Translations under genes and position numbers: made by a program
The notes under the pieces: model-generated
What the model was told of the DNA's origin: nothing
Database searches by the model: none
Seen by the model: only the letters and a program-made list of their open reading frames with translations
Source of the DNA: Thecamonas trahens ATCC 50062
Lineage: Eukaryota > Protista > Apusomonadida
Length of the DNA stretch: 64,000 nt
Reading direction: 5' to 3'
NCBI RefSeq assembly: GCF_000142905.1
Contig: NW_013657653.1
Span: 352,392 to 416,391, forward strand
In this document: positions 51,631 through 62,844 of the stretch, piece by piece
How positions within the stretch are numbered: position 1 is the stretch's first letter
Layout of the letters: every line of letters starts with the position of its first letter

Positions 51631-54081
51631 ATGTCAGACAATGATAACCAGACGCATGGGACATACATACGGTCGTCGATGTCCACACCAAGTGGCAAGG
51701 CACTGCATGGAAACGGTGGAGGAGGCGGAGCCATCTTCTCCATCCAGAACTCAAGCCGTGCGCCAGCCAGCTTTGTCCCGCCGGAACCGCCGCCGATGCC
51801 CGGCACGCCCACAGCTCGATCGCTTGGCTTCAACTGGCCAGGAACTCGGTATGTGGCATCAAAGACGCCCAAGTCAATGACTCATGCTGTGCCCTCGCTG
51901 GCTTCGTATTCGGTTGGCTCGGTTGATGCGCCGCTTGCCTCGGTCTCCTTCCTCGTCTCTCTCTCGGCCGTCGGCTGGGGTCTCGAGCTTGGCTACGCCA
52001 TCGAAGCCATGTACGCAGCACCCATCTTCCTCCAGCTCGGCCTTCCGCTCCGATATGTCTCGTTTGTGTACTGCCTCTCGCCCATTCTCGGCATCTTTGT
52101 CCAGCCGCTCATCGCTGGCATGTCCGACACCTGCACCTCGCGACTCGGCCGCCGCCGGCCCTTTGTTATCTTCTTTGGCGCTGTGGCCATCCTTGGCCTC
52201 GGCGCTTTTACCCGCGTCAATCAAATGGTGTATGGCACGACGACACCGAGTCACAACAACCACGCCATCACAATCCCCATGGCTGTGGTCTTCTTCTTCC
52301 TCATGGACTTTGGCCTCGACACCCTCATGCTCCCGGCCCGCTCGCTCCTCGTCGACGCCGTTCCGCCCTACCGCCAAAACCGCGCACACGCCATCTACGC
52401 AGGCCTGCAAGGCACCGGGGCGGCGCTCGGCTATCTGCTCGGCGGCCTCCGCATGGGCGAGTACCTCACGTTCCTTGGATCCAACGCCCAGGCCCTCTTC
52501 ACTCTCGTCGCCTTTGTCCTCCTCCTCTCCGTCATCGTCACCAACGTCGTCGCCCGTGAGTCGCAGTGGGTCGTCGTCGACGACGACGAGGAAGCCGCCC
52601 CGCCGCCGCTCTGCGACGACAATGTAATTGACGTGGGCGACCTCGTCGCCTCCATCGCCCACCGGACCGTCGACGGCAACATTGAGGCCCACTCGCCGTC
52701 GCTCTCCAATCCTGACTCGCCCCACGACTCGCCCGAGGACGATCCCGCTCTTGTACGCGCCGCAGAATGGTCCAAGCGCGTCGCGTTTCTCACTTCAGAG
52801 CAGCCGGGCCCGGGCCCGGCCTCGCCGCGGCCGATCCACCCAGCGCTCGGCCTCGGCCCGGCCCCGTCGTCGAGCGACACGAACTCTGCCGATGGCGAGG
52901 CCATCTGTGACCACGACCATGACGAGCTCCTCTTCTCACCCTCCACCCAGACGGCAGCAGACCTTGTTGCGGCGTTTACCACCAACCCCGAGGGCATCAC
53001 CTCGCTCCTCAACGAGGCTGCCGAGGATGCCTCGTCGCCACCGGCGACGGTAGTTCCTCTCGTCGGGCCCGGCCCAGGCATTGTCGTCGACGACGACGAA
53101 GACGACCTTCCGTCATACATTGCCGCGTACAACGAGCTGCCTTCTGCAGACATCGAGACTGGCGGGTGCGCCACGCTGGCGTATTCGGGCTCGCGCGGTG
53201 ACACCTCCCGTCCAGGCGTCGTCTTCGCCCCGGAGCCATCCGAGACTGCGCCTCTGCTTAGTCACGTCCAAACCACCGCGGCTGACGCGGCCGGCGGACC
53301 ACTCGCGCCTGCGCCCGCCGCGGAAGACGACGATAACGATGACGATGACGATGAGGTCATGCTCGGCTTTGTCGAGACCATCCAGGCCATCATGGGCCTC
53401 CCGCGGGTCATGGTCCGCCTCATGCTCATGACCATCACCCAGTGGGTCGGTGTCCTCGCCTTTCTGTTCTTCATTTCAGACTGGTGTGGCTCAGTCGTCT
53501 TCAACGGCGATGTCAACGCCCCGGTCACCACCCCCGCCTACCGTGACTACGAGGATGGCGTCCGGTTTGCCTCACTTTGCTTTGCCGGCTCGTCGATGGT
53601 GACCCTCGTTTGGTCCTCGCTCCTCCCGCGGGTCATGCGCGCCACCTCGCTCAAGGTCACCCTCTTTGGCTCGCTCTCGCTCTTTGCCGCCGGCTGCATC
53701 GGATGCATGTGGATCAAGACCAAGTGGTACGCCGCCCTCGCCATCATTGTCGGCTACGGCCTCGCCTACGCCTCGCTCTCCGTCGTGCCCTACGCCGTCG
53801 CCGGCCTGGTCGCCGAAAAGCACGAGGCTGGCCTCTTCACCTCGATCATCAACGTCTCGCTTGCCATCGCCCAGCTCTTTGTCTCGTTTGTCGGCGGGCC
53901 CGTCATGGAGCAGTTCTCTGTCGGGTTCTTCATCTCGGTCTCGGGCGTTGTCTCCGCCCTTGGCGCCCTCCTCGCCTTTACCCTCAAGGACAAGCACGGC
54001 AAGCCCATCACCTTTGGCCGCAAGCGCAAGCGCAAGCGCAAGAAGATGGTCCGCTCCATCGCGCCACCCTCCCGGAAGTAG
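51631..54081 (+). CDS. SLC45/SUT-type sugar:H+ symporter (MFS) with long acidic central loop
   Basis: GLELGYAIE, PILGIFVQPLIAGMSDTCTSRLGRRRPF, LMDFG...PARSLLVD, DWCG..VF.G, YEDGVRFA and 12 TM helices. Confidence 0.92.
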   Translation: MSDNDNQTHGTYIRSSMSTPSGKALHGNGGGGGAIFSIQNSSRAPASFVPPEPPPMPGTPTARSLGFNWPGTRYVASKTPKSMTHAVPSLASYSVGSVDAPLASVSFLVSLSAVGWGLELGYAIEAMYAAPIFLQLGLPLRYVSFVYCLSPILGIFVQPLIAGMSDTCTSRLGRRRPFVIFFGAVAILGLGAFTRVNQMVYGTTTPSHNNHAITIPMAVVFFFLMDFGLDTLMLPARSLLVDAVPPYRQNRAHAIYAGLQGTGAALGYLLGGLRMGEYLTFLGSNAQALFTLVAFVLLLSVIVTNVVARESQWVVVDDDEEAAPPPLCDDNVIDVGDLVASIAHRTVDGNIEAHSPSLSNPDSPHDSPEDDPALVRAAEWSKRVAFLTSEQPGPGPASPRPIHPALGLGPAPSSSDTNSADGEAICDHDHDELLFSPSTQTAADLVAAFTTNPEGITSLLNEAAEDASSPPATVVPLVGPGPGIVVDDDEDDLPSYIAAYNELPSADIETGGCATLAYSGSRGDTSRPGVVFAPEPSETAPLLSHVQTTAADAAGGPLAPAPAAEDDDNDDDDDEVMLGFVETIQAIMGLPRVMVRLMLMTITQWVGVLAFLFFISDWCGSVVFNGDVNAPVTTPAYRDYEDGVRFASLCFAGSSMVTLVWSSLLPRVMRATSLKVTLFGSLSLFAAGCIGCMWIKTKWYAALAIIVGYGLAYASLSVVPYAVAGLVAEKHEAGLFTSIINVSLAIAQLFVSFVGGPVMEQFSVGFFISVSGVVSALGALLAFTLKDKHGKPITFGRKRKRKRKKMVRSIAPPSRK

Positions 54082-54334
54082 CCCCTCCACACTAGCTAAT
54101 ACACCCACATGCGCATCCACATCGCCAGACTCCAGCGCAGGGTCCCCCGCCTCCTCGATCCCGCCTCCGATCCCCTCGACGTGGCAGGCCCTCCCCTCCC
54201 CCATCCGCCTCCTCTCCCGCCCCCTTCCCTCGTCCTCTCCTACCCCCACGCCACTCCCCACACCCACACCTGCCCCCCTCCCTGCAACCCCTCCCCCACA
54301 TATCCTCCCTCCCTTGGTTCCCCCACCTCCCCCT

Positions 54335-55231
54335 ATGCGTGAGTTCCGGATTGAAGCCCGGCTGGGTATGGACGCCCACACGTACTGGGCCGAGAAGGAC
54401 ACGGCTGGCTTCCGCGATCAGATGTGCGCTGTGCTCAACTTGGAGTCTATGGAAGATCTAGAGTCATGGAATGAGAATGGCTTCTCTTACTCGAGAGTGC
54501 AGACAAAGCCGAACATGGCTCTGCCATCTATGGTCAAGAACATGGTCGGATCAGAATCATTTGTCCTCGTCGATACCATCGAAATCGCTCCCGTCGTCCC
54601 GCCCTACGCATGGTCCTTCACCACTGCCGTCTCCGTCTTTACCGAGAAGACAAAGATCAAGGGTACCGTTCGTATTGTTCCTCAAGGTGATGGCTCGTGC
54701 CTTCAGATCTGCGAGGGCTCCGTCGCTGTCGCCGTCTGGGGCGTTGGCTCGGTTGTGGAGCGACTCATCATCAACGGCCTCCAGGAGACATACTCGAAGC
54801 TCCCGGCGGTGGTGGAGGCTTGGAACGCAGTGCGTCTGCAGTACGGTGCCGGCGCAGCGCCGTCGATGGGCATCGGTGCTCGCTCCGCCTTTGACGACGG
54901 CGAGCACTCGGCTGCCTCGGGAGTCTCGCTTTACTTTGACGCCGGTGCGGGCTCGGCCTCTGAGTGGGGTGGCGCCTCGCTCGCCCGCTCGCCCGAGCTT
55001 CACCGCTCACGGGCTCGCTCGGTCGAGACCAACAACTTTGAGCTCGGCTTTGTCTCGGCCGTCTCGGCTCACGACTACGACGACGAACCAGGCCGCTCCC
55101 GCGGCTCGGCCTCGGCTTCGCCCACTGGTGGTGCGCGGCCGAGTACGTATCTCACCCTCATCACCAGAACGCTCTGTTGCTACTGGTGCACACGTTCAGC
55201 CTACCACGCTCTCGCTACCCACGATGAGTAG
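54335..55231 (+). CDS. START/SRPBCC-fold (DUF2505-like) protein
   Basis: The globular region MREFRIE...KGTVRIVP..DGSC....GSVAVAVWGVGSVVERLII ends in a helix-grip-type C-terminal helix and is followed by a disordered tail. Confidence 0.55.
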   Translation: MREFRIEARLGMDAHTYWAEKDTAGFRDQMCAVLNLESMEDLESWNENGFSYSRVQTKPNMALPSMVKNMVGSESFVLVDTIEIAPVVPPYAWSFTTAVSVFTEKTKIKGTVRIVPQGDGSCLQICEGSVAVAVWGVGSVVERLIINGLQETYSKLPAVVEAWNAVRLQYGAGAAPSMGIGARSAFDDGEHSAASGVSLYFDAGAGSASEWGGASLARSPELHRSRARSVETNNFELGFVSAVSAHDYDDEPGRSRGSASASPTGGARPSTYLTLITRTLCCYWCTRSAYHALATHDE

Positions 55232-55233
55232 CG

Positions 55234-58188
55234 TCATCTGTACTCACCCCTGCTCCCGGAACCGGGGCTGCCACTGCCGACTGCGGCCTCAAACGCCCGC
55301 TTCCACTGCGCGACCTGGCCTGAGAGGCTCTCTGCTGCGGCGTGGGCTGTGCGAACCTCCGAGTCCTTGCGATCGAGGAGTGCGTCAAAGGTCGATTCGA
55401 GCTTGGCCAGCGAGTCGCGCGACGAGTTGAGCTCGGCAAAGAGCGCGCTCCGCTCACGGACTAGGTAAGCGTTCTCCTCCTCGAGCACTTCAAACTGTGC
55501 ATAGAGGTCGTCAAGCGAGGCGGTCTGGTGGAGACGCGGCCGAGTCGACGGCGCAGACCGCACCGGCGACGCAAGCCGCCCGCCGGGCGTCCGCGGCGAC
55601 GGCATCATCATCTGTGACGACGCCAGCGAGTCGCCGAGCCGCGCGCTCACCCCGGGCATCGACGTCATGTCTTCCCGCGCCGCCTGGACCTCGGCGTACG
55701 CTTGCTCGACCACCGCCGCTGCAGGCGTGTGGCCGGCTGCCAGTAGCTCATTGAGCAGCTCCTCGTTTCGCCGCAGCGAGCGGACTGCCCTGTCAATTTT
55801 GAGCTCGGTGGCCTGTTGTGCGTCATCGCGCACCGCCGCCGACGCCTGAGCCGTCCGTGCGGCATCGCGCGCGGCCATGACGTCGGCCTGCAGCTGCGCC
55901 ACTTGCCGAGTCACTACCTGCAGTTCATCGGCGAGTCTGTCGCGCTCGGCTGCGGCGCCGGCCATGCTCGCCACCTCGGCTTGCGCCTTTGTCAGCCGGG
56001 CCTGCTCGGCCTCGATGTTGGCCCACTCGAGCCGCAGCCGTTGGAGCTCGTCGTCCGAGTATGCCTTGGCCGCCGCCAGCTCTTTGCCCTTCCGCGATGC
56101 GGCAGCCAACTGCCGCTCCTGTGCATCGAGCTTCAGCCGCAGCTTGGCAATGACTGATCGCGGCTCGTCGAGATCGTCGCGCGCATACACTGTGGACCGC
56201 GCCACCGACGCTTGCGCCCGTGCCAGCGCCTCGCGAACTGATGCCAGCTCCTCGAGCGCCGCGCGCTTGGCGCGGACTTCGTGGGCGTATCTCGTTCGCC
56301 ACGCCAGAGCCGCGTTGTGCTCGCTCTCGGTCATGCTTGTGCTTCCGCTCGCCATTTCGGCGACCGGAGCGCTAGCATCAGCCACCTCGGCCGCCAGTGC
56401 CGCGTTTTCAGCGCGGAGCTTGGCAATGACCGACATGAGCGACGCGATGCGGGCGTCGGTTGAGGCCTTGAGCTTTTGCGCCGACGCGTCAGCGTCGGCC
56501 ATGGCCTGGGCCGGCGACTTGGGTGAGACGAGTCCGGAAAATACCGAGCCGTCTGGTGATCGCGGCGAGGAGACAGTCGGCGAGAGGAGCGGCGGCTCGG
56601 CAGGCATGGCTCGGGTCACAATCTCGGGTGCGTACAGCACGAAATCGTCCTGGATGGCTGATCGAATGCGGGCTACCCAGTCGGCGGCAACCACTGGCGC
56701 CCGTGCCTGAAAGTGAATGTCCTCAAAGGTCAGTCCGCGGACCATGCGGCGGACCACAAACTCGCACGGGTTGGTCTGGGAAGGAAAGACCCGAATGGCG
56801 GACATCGAGCACAGGATCTCGACCACGGTCTTGCCGCGCTTGCCCTTGGTCTCGGTGAGGATGCAGTCGCTGAACATGTGCAGCGTTGTAGTGAGGAGGC
56901 GCCCGGAGGTCTTGGGCGCCGCCGACAAATTCGCCGAGCCGAGGGAGGCATTGAGCGGGTTCGACGCTGTGGACTGTGGGAGTGGCGACGCGCCGCCGAC
57001 CAGCACCGAGTGGAGCCGACCAAAGTCGGAGCTGCGTCGCCCCGAGGCCGGCGTTGCTGGCCCACTCACGCTCACGCCCGGGCTTGCTCCACCTCCGCCA
57101 AACAGCGAGCTCACCGAGCCGCGCCGCGACGTCGTCTCGGAGACGGCGTCGTGGGTAATCGAGAGCTGCGAGACACCCGGTGGTGGCGAGCTGCTCTCGC
57201 CGCGTGGCTCGGTGTCCGATTCGACCGGCATGTCGTCGCGGGAGAGCGACGGGGTAGGCGACGGAGCAGTGATGGTCGGAGGGACAAGGTCTCCGCTGGC
57301 ACCGGCTGCCGCCTCGGTCGGTGCCGCCACCACGCCCTTGTACCGCAGCACGTCACCGGACAGAATGTGGCGGCGGTCGACAATGCCGTGCTCAAACAGG
57401 CTCTGCTCGGACGACTTGAGCTTTGCGGCAAGCGACATGACCAGGGAGAAGGCCTTGACCTGTGCCATGGCGTTGTTGATGCGTGCGATGAGTCGCGCGA
57501 CTGCGTGGTACGCGGTGCACGCGTCGCAGCCCGAGGTCTTGATGTGCTTGGCGGCGCGCGAGGCGTTGGCTGGCCACGGCCCCGAGTCATCCAGCGTGGT
57601 CTCGGCCTGGGCAAGGGCGCCAGCGGCGGCAACGCGGTCTTTCTCGCATCGGGCGCGGGCAAGGCGCTCCATGATGTTCTTGATGTGAAAGACGTGAGCG
57701 ATGGGCGCGTAGAGGAGGTTGAGCAGCGAGCGAGAGGCGCAGTCCGGCGGAAGAGCATCCCGAGCCAAGTCTGTGTAGTAGGTGACAAATCCTTGAGAAG
57801 CCATGGCCGACTTGACTCTCTCCGACACGCGCTCCCACTCGACGACATACTCGAGATAGATAGCCAGATCTTGAATGACAGCATCGTCCGAGTAGTACGC
57901 AAAGACCGAGGAGAGCACCTCTGTAGGCACGTCAGTACCAGACGGACCGAGAACAACACCATCTGGAAGGGATGGAAGTGGTGATGACTCATGAACAGCA
58001 CTGATGGCAGCAAGTGTATCAATCGGAAGGAGGCTTCGGAGCTCACTGCCGTACTTTGAGCTCTTCCCGCCTTGCCAGCCCTCGCTGGCTGCCGGGAGGG
58101 CGAGCAACGATGAGAGCTTGGTGTGGAAAGTCCCGTGGAAGGAGTACAGCTCATGAAGCGCATTGGCCGCTTCCGAGGGGAGGGCCAT
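55234..58188 (-). CDS. Divergent DH-PH (RhoGEF-like) protein with C-terminal coiled coil
   Basis: SLLNLLYAPIAHVFHIKNIMERL and RINNAM are DH-like. A PH domain (RRHILSGDV ... LHMFSDCIL ... AADWVARIRSAI) is split by a Ser/Pro-rich insert. Long coiled coil. Confidence 0.6.
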   Translation of the reverse strand: MALPSEAANALHELYSFHGTFHTKLSSLLALPAASEGWQGGKSSKYGSELRSLLPIDTLAAISAVHESSPLPSLPDGVVLGPSGTDVPTEVLSSVFAYYSDDAVIQDLAIYLEYVVEWERVSERVKSAMASQGFVTYYTDLARDALPPDCASRSLLNLLYAPIAHVFHIKNIMERLARARCEKDRVAAAGALAQAETTLDDSGPWPANASRAAKHIKTSGCDACTAYHAVARLIARINNAMAQVKAFSLVMSLAAKLKSSEQSLFEHGIVDRRHILSGDVLRYKGVVAAPTEAAAGASGDLVPPTITAPSPTPSLSRDDMPVESDTEPRGESSSPPPGVSQLSITHDAVSETTSRRGSVSSLFGGGGASPGVSVSGPATPASGRRSSDFGRLHSVLVGGASPLPQSTASNPLNASLGSANLSAAPKTSGRLLTTTLHMFSDCILTETKGKRGKTVVEILCSMSAIRVFPSQTNPCEFVVRRMVRGLTFEDIHFQARAPVVAADWVARIRSAIQDDFVLYAPEIVTRAMPAEPPLLSPTVSSPRSPDGSVFSGLVSPKSPAQAMADADASAQKLKASTDARIASLMSVIAKLRAENAALAAEVADASAPVAEMASGSTSMTESEHNAALAWRTRYAHEVRAKRAALEELASVREALARAQASVARSTVYARDDLDEPRSVIAKLRLKLDAQERQLAAASRKGKELAAAKAYSDDELQRLRLEWANIEAEQARLTKAQAEVASMAGAAAERDRLADELQVVTRQVAQLQADVMAARDAARTAQASAAVRDDAQQATELKIDRAVRSLRRNEELLNELLAAGHTPAAAVVEQAYAEVQAAREDMTSMPGVSARLGDSLASSQMMMPSPRTPGGRLASPVRSAPSTRPRLHQTASLDDLYAQFEVLEEENAYLVRERSALFAELNSSRDSLAKLESTFDALLDRKDSEVRTAHAAAESLSGQVAQWKRAFEAAVGSGSPGSGSRGEYR

Positions 58189-58403
58189 GACTTGGGAGGG
58201 GTGGGGTGTGTGTGCGAGTGTGTGTGGGTGGGGGGGGGGGGGGTGAAGTGGCTGCGGGGGGTGACAGGCGGGAGGGCAGCGTTGGGTGGCGCAGTGGCGG
58301 GCGACGGGCGGCAGGTGGTTTGAGGGTGTTTTGATGGGGTCGAGGTGGAAGGAGGGGAGTTGGTGGAGAGTGTGAGGTTGCGGAGGAGGAGGAGGGTGAC
58401 TTA

Positions 58404-59732
58404 CTACGCCACCGAGCCATGAAGCATCATGGTGACTTCCTCCTCGTCGTCGTCGTCGTCGTCATCGCCGAGGTTATAGTTGGCAGCATCGTTGACGATG
58501 GCGGCGACAGCGGCAGCGTCGTCATCGTGGTCGTGGGCATGGTCACCGGTAGTGTCCGAGGCACCGGTGGGCGAGGTGCTGGGCATGATAAAGTCCGAGC
58601 GATGGACCATGTCCTCGAGCTGGACCTCGAACTGGGCGAGGCGCGACTGGAGCGAGGTGTCGGTCTCGGCGAGTGACTGGGCGGCCGGGAGCTGAGAGAA
58701 GAGCGAGTTGCCTTGGCCGACGACGGGGGTCTCGTTGACGGCGGAGAACTGGGTGACGGCGGCGACGTCGGCGCCACCCTCGACGCGGGCGGCGCCGATG
58801 ACGTAGGTGCCGACCGACGACGGGCGAGCGGTGGTCGGCTCGGCGGTCGGGGCACGCAGATGCAGTTGGCGCGCAGCCTCGGCCTTGAGGGCGGCTTCGA
58901 GGAGCTCGGCAAGCTCGGCGACCTTGACGGCGGCAATCCGCGAGGCCTGCTTCATCTCGAGCACGCTGAGTGGGAGGCCGCCAAGCTTGGCCACGCCACA
59001 CACCTCCTCGTGGACGTTGAGAGCAAAGATGGCCCGGGCGTCGGCAAGCGCCTCTTCTTTGGCCGACGGATCGACAACATACAGGTTGCGCGGCTTGGCG
59101 TCCCGTGACTTGGGCCTGGCCTCGGCGTCAGCAGGCGGGATGAAAAACGCAAACGAGACGCAAAACGGAATGTGATGGAGGGTGAGCCCAAGCGGAGTCT
59201 TCTCGGTCATGGGATGGACAACCAGGTTGCCTGCGGCATCGACCGAGGTGTCTGGCCGCTTAAAGTGGAGCATGGCAGCAACGGTGGCCAGAGCGGCAGC
59301 ATCATGAACATTGCCGTCGTCATCAAGGACATGAATGTCGACACGAATGGCCCAAACCCACTGACCCGCGACAACGCAGAGCGACTCGGACTCGATTGCG
59401 CCCGAGTCTCGCAGCATCTTCTCCACAAAGCTGGCGATGGCAGTCCTCGACGCCCTTGCCTTATGATCGACAGTGCCGGTGGCGGAATCGAGACCAGAAG
59501 CCTCGCAAAAGAACAGATATGAGCCATCTGTGGGCCGATCAGGAGCAGGCTCGACCAGCTCGCCCGAGACCACCGCCAGAACTCGTGTGGTACCCAGGTG
59601 TGCCTCTGCCTGGCCGTAGACCTCGCCAAACGTCACCTTTGCCGCACGGACGTCCAGCAGTGCCCGTCCATCAGTACGAACTCCAGACACAATTGCTCTC
59701 CTGATAAACTTTGCTTCATTGCGGGAGAGCAT
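58404..59732 (-). CDS. RRP45: Exosome complex RNase PH-like subunit RRP45/EXOSC9
   Basis: LSRNEAKFI..AI..GVRTDGR, LGTTRVL, ESLCVVAGQWVWAIRVDIHVLDDDGN, HFKRPD and HHIPFCVSF. Confidence 0.93.
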   Translation of the reverse strand: MLSRNEAKFIRRAIVSGVRTDGRALLDVRAAKVTFGEVYGQAEAHLGTTRVLAVVSGELVEPAPDRPTDGSYLFFCEASGLDSATGTVDHKARASRTAIASFVEKMLRDSGAIESESLCVVAGQWVWAIRVDIHVLDDDGNVHDAAALATVAAMLHFKRPDTSVDAAGNLVVHPMTEKTPLGLTLHHIPFCVSFAFFIPPADAEARPKSRDAKPRNLYVVDPSAKEEALADARAIFALNVHEEVCGVAKLGGLPLSVLEMKQASRIAAVKVAELAELLEAALKAEAARQLHLRAPTAEPTTARPSSVGTYVIGAARVEGGADVAAVTQFSAVNETPVVGQGNSLFSQLPAAQSLAETDTSLQSRLAQFEVQLEDMVHRSDFIMPSTSPTGASDTTGDHAHDHDDDAAAVAAIVNDAANYNLGDDDDDDDEEEVTMMLHGSVA

Positions 59733-60002
59733 GGTTGTTGGTGGTGGGGGGTGGTGGGGGTGGGGGGGGTGTGGGGGGGGGGGAGTGGGGTGTGGCGGGG
59801 TGATGGTGATGGATGGCGTTGAGAGTTTGGCCGGCGGCGGGCGGAGGGGGGGGGGGGAGAGGGGAGAATCGGTACTGATGGTTGGTATTCGCCTTGCGAC
59901 TGTTATGCGGGTGCTCGGGAGTATGTGTTCCTATTGTCGCTACCACTCAGGAGTTGCGAGACAAGCCGTCATCCATGAGGATTGTAATAATCCCATCAGC
60001 GC

Positions 60003-60500
60003 TCATGCTGCCTTCTCCGAGTCGGTCCGCGTCCGCGAGCTGTTAGCGACGTTTGTGGCCATCGTCGCAGGCATGATGCCCGCGCTAGCAAGTTGCATCG
60101 TGAGCTTGTGAATGCTACTCTCCCGCTCGCGAATGGTGTCCGCAGCCTCCATCGCCTGCTTCACAATGGCATTGACCAAGTCCTTGATCTGCTTCGCCAC
60201 CTCGTTCAACACCACCTGGTCCGTCTCCGATTTGGATGCTGCCCTGGCTCCTATCGAGTCAGGTATATCGCCACTTTCGCCACCGCCGGCTCTCCGCCAC
60301 TCGGCCCGTGCCACTCGCTGCAGCATGCGCTCCCCTACGCCGCGACGCGTCCGCCATCGCCGCCGCCTCCACTCCGAGCCACGCCGCCTGCATCTGCATC
60401 CGCGTCGTTCGCCAGCCTTTCCCTCCTCGCCTTTCCCATCCAGCGCTGCCAGCTCTGCCTCCTCTCCCACGCCATCGGCCACCACCTCGAGCACTACCAC
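60003..60500 (-). CDS. Hypothetical protein (coiled-coil C-terminus); 5' structure unresolved
   Basis: The C-terminal ~85 aa (SETDQVVLNEVAKQIKDLVNAIVKQAME...) read as amphipathic helix. No clear ATG was found. Confidence 0.35.
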   Translation of the reverse strand: MVVLEVVADGVGEEAELAALDGKGEEGKAGERRGCRCRRRGSEWRRRRWRTRRGVGERMLQRVARAEWRRAGGGESGDIPDSIGARAASKSETDQVVLNEVAKQIKDLVNAIVKQAMEAADTIRERESSIHKLTMQLASAGIMPATMATNVANSSRTRTDSEKAA

Positions 60501-60656
60501 CGCATCGTCGTCTTGCTTGCCGTCCTTGTCGCCCGTCTCTCACTGCCACGGTCCCCGCTGTCGCCCGCCGCCGCTTCCGACCTGTACCCCCGCCCCGGCC
60601 CTTCCACCGAGGTCACCCCCGCCCCGCCAATGTAGCATGTGGTGCAAACCGGGTGA

Positions 60657-62180
<1,524 letters not shown>

Positions 62181-62844
62181 AAGAGTCCGCTGCCACACAC
62201 TCCCCGCGTCCCGCGTCCCGCGTCCCGCTCCGCCAGCTCCCGGCAGACAACGTCGTGAAAGTGTTTGGGGATTAGCCACAGACTAGCTGACCGTCAAATG
62301 TGGTTTGCAGAAGCGACGTAGTTTCAAGTCACATCTGGGAGGTCTGTCGTGTGGACCTCGTAATGCACATGATGCGTCAGATTGTGGGGGGACATCGAGT
62401 CGGCAGAATCAAAGATCAGCCATTCGTCGGCAAACTACAGCATGTGCTGCCTCCAAAACACGGCGACCACACCCGTTTCTTGTCGGCCTACTTCAAGACA
62501 GTGATTGCGTCGATAGGTACATCATGCCCCCATGTGTGCTGAGAGTTGACACGATGAGCATTGGCAAGTCTTCCAGCTCTTGAGTCCAGCCTCGTGTCGT
62601 TCTCCCTGGCGAGACAACCCCCCCTCACACACACTCGGCGGCCTAAAGGACAACTCGCTCATCTCATCCGATGCCAGCAGAACGGGACACGTCCACATGA
62701 TCGCAACACAACTGCCATGTACAACCATGTCATCTCCACCCTCTCCCCTCATAAGTGGTCGGTCTGAGACGCAACGGGCCACCTGGCGGCCAGATGCCAA
62801 CCAACTCAACTCGCCCACCTCACTCGCTCCACAGCTCGCACAGC

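Noticed and set aside
53666-54334. Pro/Ser-rich 5' extension of ORF 53666..55231 overlapping SLC45
   Set aside because: It is alternate-frame read-through plus a C-rich spacer. The plausible start is ATG 54335.
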